A stretch of 64,000 bases of DNA from Utricularia gibba (Eukaryota > Plantae > Magnoliophyta): assembly GCA_002189035.1 (NCBI GenBank), contig CM007992.1:682001-746000 (forward strand), written 5' to 3'. The notes under the pieces are model-generated. The model did no database searches, was not told the DNA's origin, and worked only from the letters and a program-made list of their open reading frames with translations. The position numbers and the translations under genes are program-made. Shown piece by piece: positions 47,530 to 58,058 of the stretch. The first letter of the stretch is position 1, and each line of letters starts with the position of its first letter.

Positions 47530-48553
47530 TCAGCAAGTCCAATAGGTGTCCATTTCAGGGTATTGTTCCTCGCACATGAAACAGTTGCGGGTATCTTCTG
47601 TATACTCTCTGCTGACGGCCACATCGGAGGTCATGCTGGATAGGGCGCCGAATGGAGGAACCGTCGTAGGCGCCACTAGATTGCCAAAGCGGGAGTTGGG
47701 GCCGGAAATGGAGAATCCGCTACCGTCGCCTCCGTGAAGGTAAGTCATCGCCGGTGGGAGAAGAAAGGGCAAGTGCATGATGGTCGGAGATGCTGTGTTA
47801 CTGAAAACCACCTTGTTGAGTCGTTGAATTTCTGCTGGGGTTAAGAATTTTCCGGCTGGAAGCTGGATATTCTGCGGCTGCTGCGAGCATGATGGCCTTG
47901 CGACGGCTTTCGATTTTGGGGAGGGCTTTTTGCCGCCGGTGGTCTTCTGGAAGACGCGGCAGACTACCCATTCCTCTAGCTGCACGAACTGCTCATTTTT
48001 TACTTCGATTCTTGATGGATAACTAAAGAAGACGTGAAGAGAAAGACGGACCTTCGTGGTTCTGTGAGAAGATTTATGGTGGAGACGATACTCGTGCATG
48101 ACCCAGTTAGTTTTCTCTCCTCTAGGAGCTCTTCCTCGGTAAAAGACCAGCGTTTTCTTCAGTCCGGCCAAATCCGCCGTGCTTCCGTCGTGTATCTCCT
48201 TATCTTTTCCGGTGGTCTTCCAATACCCACTGCCAGTGGCGCGATTAGTCCTCACTCCGGTAGGGTACTTCCGATCACGGAGGCTGTAGAAGTACCACTC
48301 TGTCTCTCCCATCTTCGCCTTCCCTACAGACCGAAAAAGTTGAACACGGCAGACTTTGAAACTCTGGATATCTGAGCATACCTGGAAGATCCCACGGCTC
48401 CGATTTGTTGAGATCCACCACTCCCATTGCTCCCGTTTCAAACCTCTCATCAGCAATCTTGTTTATCAGATAGTACGCGATGAGCTCCTGGTCCGTCGGA
48501 TGGAACCGGAAACCCGGCGGCAGTTTTTCCCCACTAACTACCTTCGCCTCCAT
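47530..48553 (-). CDS. NAC transcription factor (ANAC038/058-like), 3 exons
   Basis: [29 protein letters not shown]...[11 protein letters not shown]|[44 protein letters not shown]...[26 protein letters not shown]...|[11 protein letters not shown]. Confidence 0.95.
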
Positions 48554-49808
48554 CACCAGATTTCAGTTCATAAACCAGTAGCAGCACACTCAATCGCCCT
48601 TCCCTCTTCTCCCACCACTCCGCAACGGAAGAGAATGAAGACGAATGGTGAGCAGGGAGCCTCCAAGCTAGGGTTTTGAAGAAGATGCCAAGACAAGAAC
48701 ACGTCCAAAAGTCTCACCCACTCTCAGTCTTCTGGCACAAGGAGCTTGACTTGCTGCTGCGCAGACGACAGTGACCAAGGATCAGAAGAGTGTGTGCTTG
48801 TAATGATAAGATGAGAAGAAAAGGATGGCTTCCATTCAGACCCATAAGCTCACAGGACAGGATAGGTTTAGGGATTCGCTCATCCACCGCCATAGGATCC
48901 ATCTCTTCCTTTAAAAAACTCCAGTTCGGTAGTCGCAGTTTGGAAACTATCCCACAGGTTGCTGATCTCCTGACAGGGATGGTGGCACTAATAGCTTATC
49001 CACAATAAAAATAATATTCATAATGGCTGGTGTTTTATAAGGTAAAGTTGTCGTTCACTTGCTCCACTCACCTATGCTTGACTCAATCCCCCTACGGCCG
49101 CATTAGCCTTGTCCTAAATAAAACACGAAAAAGATAAAAATGATCAAAATCTCAATCACATAATTCATTATTCTAAAATATTTATCGATTCCTACTTGGA
49201 ACCCCTTAGAACATCTTTATTCATTTACGGAAATGATGATGTGGTTTCCGTTATTGAGTTTCCTTTCCGGGTTTCCTCAAAATGATTTCTACAGCATATA
49301 ACTTAAAATAAAATTGATTTCCGCAAAAATAAAAATAATTTCCGGAAATCCATGTCAACATTTCTGAAAATCACTAAAGATGCTCTTATGTGCACATGAG
49401 ACCCAGGTCACTCTCAAACTTATTAAAGTTAATAGATTGATATCCTATATAAATAAGTTGAAGTAATAGAACTATCATATATTAATATTTTGAAGTGATT
49501 TTGTTTAATTTTTGTAAATTCTAATATTATTATATTATGTGAAAAAAAATAGAAATTCAGAAAGAATCTTGAGTAGCGTGATAATTAGGGATGATTTTTG
49601 TATTTTTCAGAAAGAAACAACAAAAATGATTGACTCGTTTTGACGGGTTTGCCATGTAGATAAAAAGGATTTATTATTATTATAAGACAATTTATAGCAA
49701 TATTATAATTTTATTTAATAGAATTTGGGCCTCGGGCCAAAAGTCGAAAACGTTCTACGCAAAAATCTGAGAATTTTGAATCATCAACCATCGGAGCCGT
49801 TGATGAGA

Positions 49809-51616
49809 ATGGAGGAGTCTGCGTCTTCGTCTTCGGAAAACCTTCCTGCGCCGGAACTCCTTGCCAAATGGGTAGAGTATGGATCCGCTACTTCTCGGCG
49901 CCTTGTTTCTTTCTCTCTCTCTCTCGCTTTTTTCTTTTTTGTTAGCTGATGCACGAACTGAATTTTAGGGTTCAGCATTTTCTGAAGAAACGACTGATCG
50001 TGGAGGATGGATTCAGCTGGAAGCTACCCAAGTCGGATTCTCGGAGTTACGAAGGTCAGAAGCACGGTTTATGTGAAGAATGCCTCAAGTCTGTTGGTGG
50101 GGTTGATTTGACTTTCTCAAAAAATGACCCATCCATTGCCTGCGCGTCTCTTGTGGTCCTGGATTTCTCTACTCTTGAAGTTGTGTATGAGGATTCAGTT
50201 ATCGTTAAGCTTTCGGTGCCATATGTTCCTGGATTTTTGGCTTTCAGAGAGGTATTGGAATAGAATTCTCTCTTACTCGAAATTGACACTTGGGGATATA
50301 CAGGAAAATGCAGATTGTTAGGTTTTTCTTTGGAAATATCTATCTATGCATGCAAGTGAACGAAGATCGCTACAGCTATTCGTTGTAACCTTCTCTATCA
50401 TCAGGCCCCCGTGATACTAGAGCTTTTACAGAAAATGAAAAAGATGGAATCTCCATGGTATCCTCAGGTGACGAATTACGCTAGAACTAAGCAATTTCCC
50501 TCGTATTTAGAGGATACTCATGTGAGGGATGTGCGTTCCCTACCTCCCTTAAGGGGAAAAAGGGGCAACTTAATATTTGTTTCTTCTGTGATATGTATAA
50601 CCAGGTTCTTATGGTTGATGGAAATGGAATTCTTCATCCTCGAGGTAAGCTATAATGCTCGATAACCTTCAGTTTGCATATTCCATTCTGCAGCATCATA
50701 ACTTGGTCTTAGTGATCTTATGGAATCAACTATTTTTTCTTCTCCAATAAGAGCATAGTCTCATTCTCTCTGCTCCCTTGCTGTGTGATCATTGCTTGTG
50801 CTGTAACTCATATAGTCGCCATCCTCATTTTAAGTTGTGGTCCGTGCAGGATTTGGATTGGCCTGTCATGTTGGCGTTTTGGCCAATCTTCCCACAATTG
50901 GTATAGGAAAGAATGTATGGTAACTCTGCTGTCATTCAAAAATTACAATGCATCATTTCTTACCTATTAGGAGGTTAATCCAGTTTACAACCACATTTTT
51001 CCAAATATTCTCTCCTCTCTCAGCTACATCAAGTTGATGGACTCACACAATCAAGAGTTAAACAGCTCTTTGCTGCTGACAGCAACTCATCCACAGATAT
51101 CTTCACTTTGGTCGGCAACTCTGGTGCCACATTAGGAGCTGTAAGTTTATGCTGTGGTTTCCTCTTTTTATGCTCTGAAAATGAGTAGTTAGTAATAGTA
51201 ACGTGCAGGCAATGCGATCATCCAAGGGCTCCATGAAACCTGTGTTTATTTCAGTCGGCCACTCCATCTCTCTTGCCAGCGCAATCAAGATTGTGAAGTT
51301 ATGTTGCAGATTTCGGGTCCCTGAGTCGGTGAGGCAGGCAAGATGGCGAACATGGAATCCAGTGGAACTGAAAATCAAAACCTTCTCACGCCTTTCTTTA
51401 TATCGCTTGTAGGCTGACATCAGATCAAAGACCCGCCTGCATCAAGTGGAGCGTGGAAAAGCAGAAGTCTGTCCAAGAGGCAACCTGGTAATCATTTAAT
51501 TATCTCAAAAGCATCCATAGCATCCTAATTGTTTACATCAACGCCCCATTACAAAGGTGATTGAAGGATCTACTGTGTAACAGGAAGGAGAACGAAACCT
51601 CTGCCTTACCGAATGA
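49809..51616 (+). CDS. ENDOV: Endonuclease V (inosine-specific nuclease)
   Basis: VGGVDLTF; PYVPGFLAFRE|AP; VLMVDGNGILHPR|GFGLACHVGVLANLPTIGIGKN; KPVFISVGHSISL; RVPESVRQ|ADIRSK. An in-frame ATG also lies at 49803. The last exon (ending 51616) is tentative; without that splice the stop is near 51500. Confidence 0.92.
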
Positions 51617-52113
51617 TGCCCTGTGTCTTGCCCCATCGGCGGCGAAAAAAGAAATGTGGCCTGTGGATGATCTGTGGATGTGGAGCTGATAAGCAGGTTG
51701 GCAGTTGGCTTAGATCCCTGATGACGCTGGTTCACGTGATGAATTTGATCCTTAGCGTGAATGCGGCCTGTGGATAATCTATGGATAATGCTGGAGGTCC
51801 ATTAACCAAAGAAGCAGTTAGTGTTCCCATCAGAACTCCTCCGAAATACAGACTTTAGCCATATGCTAATGTTGGCTGAAGTTCTGGAACCACAGACTCT
51901 TGTGAATCTTGTAAAATTGAGGAAGCAGCAGATGTATAATGAAGCTTGGATGGTAATCAATGAACTACCAAGAAGTTCAAGTAGCCAAATCTCGCATTTA
52001 GCAGAAGACAAGCATCAAGCATGCGCGATCCAAGAGTGACTACCTACAAGAACACGCGAGGGAAGCCAAACAAGACTCACAACACCATTTTCACTCGGCA
52101 AGAAAAAGAACCG

Positions 52114-54554
52114 TCAAATTAAATCAGCAACATTCATGGGCATTTCATCAATCTGTGTGCTGTAGTACTGCTCGATGTCCCTCAAGATTTTGATATCATC
52201 ACTTTTGACGAAGTTTATGGCCACACCCTGAAAATGGCCATCACAACCCATTTGAATTGTGGAAAAGACCCTTGGGAAACCGATAAGAAATCCGGAGAAC
52301 TTGAAAAGAGTGCACGAATTACCTTTCTCCCGAAACGGCCAGAGCGTCCAATGCGATGGATGTAGTTTTCTCTGTTGTTTGGAAGATCGTAATTAATCAC
52401 CAAGGACACCTATAAAAGATCAGCTCAATCATCCCCATGAATAATGATCCTCCGAACACATAATGCTCAAGTCTTCTATACAACAATACTAGAGAATGGG
52501 ATTTCTCTATCCCACGCATGATTACCTGTTGAACGTCTAGTCCCCTAGCCCAAACATCTGTGGTGATGAGGACTCTAGTCTGGCCAGATCGGAATTCTCC
52601 CATGATTGCATCACGCTCCTTTTGGGGCATATCACCATGCATGGATGAGACTGTGAAGTTGTTTTCGCGCATTTTTGCTGTCAACCAATCCACCTATTAC
52701 AAATAAAAAACAAAGAGCATGGTGGATAAGAAAACCCCCAAAACTCAGAAATTTGGCATGCAAGTTGCATCTCTTCAGTTGGAAAACTCCTCCATATGAT
52801 GAGATCAACTCAAAGAGATTTTCAACATTTTGATACAATCACACGAAAGAATGCAGTAAAACGTTTTCTTGAAGGAATTGATACTATCAGCCAACATACC
52901 TTTCTCTTTGTGTTGCAAAAGATTACGGCCTGCGTGATTGTAAGAGTATCATATAAATCACACAGAGTATCAAATTTCCATTCTTCTCTTTCAACGGCAA
53001 CAAAGAATTGCTTGATACCCTGAGAAGAATAGACAAAGAAAGAAGCAATTATTACCGATGGATACCATGTTCATTTTATGCCAAAAATGTCAAAGGTAAA
53101 AAATATCCAGACACACACCTCAAGGGTCAATTCATCACGCTTGACCAGTATCCTCACTGGGTCTGTCATAAATTTACTAGTAATCTCCAGTATTTCATTT
53201 GGTAGCGTAGCCGAAATCAAAACAACCTGAATATACAGCATGCCATAGAGTAATGATTTAAACACAAGCCTTCTAACGAATAACTAGGAAATAAGGGGAT
53301 ATAATGAACTAAACTGACTAATTACACTAAAGAATGCCACAAATAAAGAGGAGATTCCGCAGATACTAAATAAACATGATTTATAAATACAGATGGGGCA
53401 TTCTTCAGATAAAAAAACAGCTCAAAACTGTGATTAGAGTGGTAGTGTAAGGAAAAGTTCACCTGAAGCTCAGGTGGAAGATATCTGTACACGTCATAAA
53501 TCTGGTCCTTAAAGCCTCTGCTTAGCATTTCATCGGACTCATCCTACCAACAACATACACAATCAAGAACATTAGAATATCAAAACAGTGGACATGGGAA
53601 AGTGGAACACTTTGAAAAATAAAAATGAGTGGCCATACCAGAATTAATAACTTAATTGCCCGAGTTCGCAAAGTTCTTCTCTTGATCATGTCACAAACTC
53701 TACCTGGAGTTCCAGACACCACCTGAACTCCATGCTCCAACTTCCTGATGTCCTCCCCAAGATTTTTACCTCCAATGCAGGAATGGGCTTGCACATTAAT
53801 AAAGTCACCAATTGCCAATATTACTTTCTCCGTCTGAGCAGCCAACTCTCTCGTAGGCGACAATATTAGAGCTTGGACTCTGTTTCAAATACGAAATAAA
53901 ATGAGAACCAGTAAGTTTATTGGCCCAGCCATCCTTAAAAAGATAAGAGCACCAAATTTCATTTGATGAAAACTACAAAGAAATATACATGATGTGTACA
54001 AGATTACTAGCTGCTGCTGGCTTTCAATTCATCATGAAACAACAACGAGTGCTGAGGTATCTAACTTTCACGATGCAAATTGAGATGCCGATAACAGAGA
54101 AAAGAGCCCACATTCCAGAGGTTAGAACGCCCTACGCTAAAAGTGGGTGTTGCAAAATGCAAATGGCCAAGCCAAGAACAAAACCCCGCCAAACAACAAA
54201 ATCCAGAGCAAAAACAAATATTGTAACTTCAAAAGAACTGAAAACGTACTCAGAAGACTTGGTGTCCACGACCTGGCAAACGGCAAGCGCAATCATGGAT
54301 GTTTTCCCAGTTCCAGACTGCGCCTGAGCTATAACGTCCCGACCAGAAATAATCGGCAGAATCGCTCGCTGCTGAATAGCGGAAGGCTTCTCGAAGCCAT
54401 AGTTGTAGATTCCTCTGAGGAGATCTTCTTTTATTCCCATCTCGTCGAAACTCAATATCGGCTCCACACCTTTCGACGTCTCAAAAACGAGCTTCGCGTC
54501 GTCTTCCTCCATCCGCCGTCCCCCGCCCCCTCTCTGACTTCCCATCGCCGCCAT
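52114..54554 (-). CDS. EIF4A3: DEAD-box RNA helicase eIF4A-III (exon junction complex core), 8 exons
   Basis: [17 protein letters not shown]...[13 protein letters not shown]...[10 protein letters not shown]; SPTRELA; GTPGRV; [23 protein letters not shown]; SAT; [12 protein letters not shown]; [13 protein letters not shown]. Phases checked. Confidence 0.97.
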
Positions 54555-54834
54555 GCCGTGAAATCGGGACACCGAGAGACGCCGACAGAGATTCGCAGCC
54601 CTAGATAACTGATTTCGCTCCCAAAATCAACCAATTACGAATTATCCAATTTCCTTTTCCTTGACTAAATTTTGCCCATAAATTTCCGCCCCCGATTTAA
54701 ATATTTTACAAAATTTGATCCATTAATACCGATATTCTTAACATTTTTTTGCTTTTGAAAAAAACAATATTTTCCGTAAAAATTTAATAATTTCTTCTAA
54801 AAAAATACAAATGTGGATTGGGGCGAGTCCCCAA

Positions 54835-55640
54835 GGGTCTCCAGGGGCACCGTGAGTGGCCGGCGAGGCTGCATACTTCTGGGCCAACTGCGACACCCCA
54901 ACTTGGTGAAGCTGATCGGATACTGCTGTGAAGAGGAAGGCGCCTTCAAGTGTACGAGTTCGAGCCTGGAGGAAGCTTAGAGAGCCACCTCTTAAGATCG
55001 AAAAGTGAAGCTCATTATGCAGACTACCCTTTCTTCCGGCTACACAGATCATTGAGTTGGTATAAACTGATCGACACTGATTTCAGCTAGCAATCGGAGG
55101 GATACAGGACTGGCCTTACGGCAAGGAGCAGAGAAGCTGGTTATCTACAGAGATTTCAAGACCTCCAACATGTTGCTTGATTGGGAAACTCCATATAACA
55201 TGATGTGTGCATATCATGTCAAGTAAACCCAACCTCATAACTCTGGCAGGATTTCAAAGCAAATCTGCCGGACTTTGGGCTACTGAAATATGATTATTGA
55301 TCAATGGTGGTGGATGGTGCAGGTCACTTGACAAGTAAAAGTGACATCTACAGCTATGGGGTTGTTCTGCTAGAACTCCTGACGGGAAGAAGAGCTGTGG
55401 ACAAGACGTGGCTGAAAGCTCAACAAAACCTAGTGGAACGGACGATGCCCTATTTGGTGAGTACAAGAAGGATGAGTTGTAGAATGTATCCTATACTATT
55501 GGGTCAATAATCAGTCAAGGGAGCTAAAGAGATGGGACTTCCGGCCAAGAAATGTGTAAGCCTCAACACTAAAGATAGGCCTAGAGTGCCAGCAATTATC
55601 CAGACACTGGAAGGCCTGCAGTACCCAAGGATATGGCAGC
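54835..55640 (+). pseudogene. Degenerate receptor-like cytoplasmic kinase VII (PBL13/RIPK-like) pseudogene
   Basis: Fragments in shifting frames: GLQGHREW; LGQLRHPNLVKLIGYCCEEE; VYEFEPGGSLESHL; GAEKLVIYRDFKTSNMLLD; DFKANLPDFGL; GHLTSKSDIYSYGVVLLELLTGRRAVDK; LGQ* stop; DRPRVPAIIQTLEGLQ. The activation segment/APE motif and N-lobe are missing. Confidence 0.88.
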
Positions 55641-56083
55641 CATACACGGCCAGTGGTCAGCTGTACCTAACCAAGAGAGGAAGATGACTCACACGACCAA
55701 ATGGAGGGGGGAAGGTGGACTTGGGTGTAAAAAATCAGCTTGTGCAGCAAGCCTAAAACAATATGAGAAAACTAAATCAAGTCCCTTCACAAGGAGATGT
55801 ATATGAAATACGTGATCTAGGCTGTGTTGGCGGCAAGAGAAGAAAGGTAACAGGAAATGGGTTGTGGATGCATGAAGGTGGATGCTTGTAGATACTTAAA
55901 AGTGTGCCTCTAATATATGATGCCAGATGTACCTATGTTTGAACCAATAAACAACAAACTTTCAGAGTCAAGGCTTCCTTAATGTGCTATGCTTTGATAA
56001 GGCATCCATGGATGTTCAGCAAAATCAAAGTTAGTGGTCTATCGAACAGCCTTACATGAAACTATCTTAAGAAGGAAAATTCT

Positions 56084-56194
56084 TCAGTTCCCATGGTATT
56101 TGGGATCCGCCATCACGAAATGGTAAGCAATCACCAGCACAAATATAAAGATTCCAAGAAAATTCGCAAAAAAACCAAGGTCTTGATCATCCAT
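56084..56194 (-). CDS. OST4: Oligosaccharyltransferase subunit 4 microprotein, 36 aa (not in the ORF track)
   Basis: [36 protein letters not shown], matching plant OST4 (recalled Arabidopsis [37 protein letters not shown]). Likely 5'-UTR intron at 56522-56203 (GTAATC...TTTTGATCAG). Confidence 0.93.
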   Translation of the reverse strand: MDDQDLGFFANFLGIFIFVLVIAYHFVMADPKYHGN

Positions 56195-56522
56195 CGTGTG
56201 ATCTGATCAAAAGAACAGCAGAAAACATTATATCAGCGAAAAGGAACCAGCTTTGAACAACTTGAGAAAAAAAACCATGAATTATAACTATAACTTATGA
56301 TTCACTCATCCATTCAAGCAGATAAAAGAAACCCATGATTGAATTCTACGAAATCAAGGCGTACAGTCAAAAACACGTGAAATTGTGATCCACAAATCAA
56401 AAACAAGAGAAAAATTGGCAGCCGTAATGTATGCGAAGATTCCACTAAAAAAGAAGAATCTAAAACTAACGCGACCAACGAAAGCATTCACATCTCACTT
56501 CGATGAATCAGACCTTGATTAC

Positions 56523-56807
56523 GTCGACGCCCAGATCCGCAACCCCTTTGCCGCAAATCCCAGTAAACTGGAAAACAAACCCAGTCTGTAGAATGAAGAC
56601 CGTTTTATCGAGCAGACGGCGTCGTTTTAACGGAATTCTTTTATTTTTTTTAATAAAAAGAATTTCAGGTTTGGGCCTTCAGCCCAACTTCTTCAAACTG
56701 ATCTCCCCTTCCTTTTTCAAACCGCAAAACCCTAGAGCATAAAACCCTCCAGATTTTTTGTGAAAACGCTTGGAAGTTGCAATTTCTTGCACAATTGTTC
56801 GCCGGCG
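56523..56807. promoter_or_regulatory. Compact bidirectional promoter region between OST4 and SNU13
   Basis: Head-to-head genes; site II motifs TGGGCC and AGCCCA near 56671-56687; telo-box AAACCCTA at 56727-56734. Confidence 0.6.
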
Positions 56808-57670
56808 ATGGTAGCAACAAATCGCCCTCGCTTTTAGAACTTTCAATTTCGTTTCTGTAACTTCTTGTTGGTTTATGGATTTATTTTTGTGCAAGATAGG
56901 CTACAGAAGCTGTGAATCCAAAGGCATACCCGCTGGCTGATGCGCAGCTTACTATAACCATTCTTGATTTGGTTCAGCAGGCTTCTAATTATAAGCAGCT
57001 CAAGAAGGGCGCCAACGAAGGTGACCCATGACATTTTCGCTTATCAAGAAAGTTGTTTCATCGTATGTTACGTTTCCATACCTTCAGAGTGATATCTTTG
57101 TTGTGCAGCTACTAAGACGCTGAATCGTGGGATATCTGAATTCGTTGTTATGGCAGCGGATACTGAGCCTCTTGAAATACTTCTTCATCTGCCGCTTCTT
57201 GCTGAGGATAAGGTGACCATTGAGTAAATATGATACTAAAAAGTTCTTCTGGAGTACAGTGCATCTTCTCTCTTTTAAAAGTGTTGCCTTTTATATTGGC
57301 AAAACAAAATAATGCTTGGTTCATTGGATTGTGTGCTCAGATAGTTCTGTATGCTTGAAAAGATTGAAAGCTGTATTGTTCGTTTGATGGTGCTGAATTG
57401 ATTTATCTTGGCATGTTTCTAGAACGTCCCATATGTTTTCGTTCCATCAAAGGAAGCTCTAGGTCGAGCATGTGGGGTGACGAGACCTGTCATTGCATGT
57501 TCAGTCACAAGTAATGAGGGAAGCCAGTTGAAATCCCAAATAACACAGCTGAAGGTATTTTCTCATCCATATGTCATGGCTATAGTGAAGGTCAAGTTTG
57601 GTGTGTACATATGGATGTAAAATTGCCTCTTGCCTACTTGCAGGATGCTATTGAGAAGCTCCTCATCTGA
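56808..57670 (+). CDS. SNU13: NHP2-like protein 1 / SNU13 (15.5K; box C/D snoRNP and U4 snRNP), 5 exons
   Basis: ATG-only first exon, then [41 protein letters not shown]|[34 protein letters not shown]|[29 protein letters not shown]...|DAIEKLLI*. Confidence 0.96.
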
Positions 57671-58058
57671 TTGTGCACGGCTTCTCCTCAGTATGATGGG
57701 CCCCTGGGGCAACCACCCAAGGCTTTGACTGGTGATACTTTTGTCGGCTACCATGTGTGCTTTTTATTTGCCCTGGAACTTTTGATTTTGTGTTCAGTCC
57801 ACTCTTTGGATCATTTCTTATTTTAATGTTGGTTGTGTAGTGGATTCATGAGATCTTATGGCTCAATGTTGCATCCATCTCATTCGCTTATCACATTAAT
57901 TAAAGGTAAAAAATGGTGTCGATCAAACCTGCTTCTCGAGTGGAATTAAAGAAGGCTTGCAGCAAGGGCCATTGTGACAAAACCGTTTAGTTAACACCAA
58001 CCTCAAAAAACTTGTTTTTCTCATGACAAAAAAAGTTCAGGACTTTTGATCATGCAGA

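Noticed and set aside
49233-49367. Possible box C/D snoRNA (ATGATGA...CTGA) within a TTTCC-rich patch
   Set aside because: No terminal stem and no recognisable rRNA-antisense guide.
36489-51616. APE2 and EndoV as a DNA-repair cluster
   Set aside because: Only two genes, separated by five unrelated features, and plant EndoV may act mainly on RNA; chance is sufficient.
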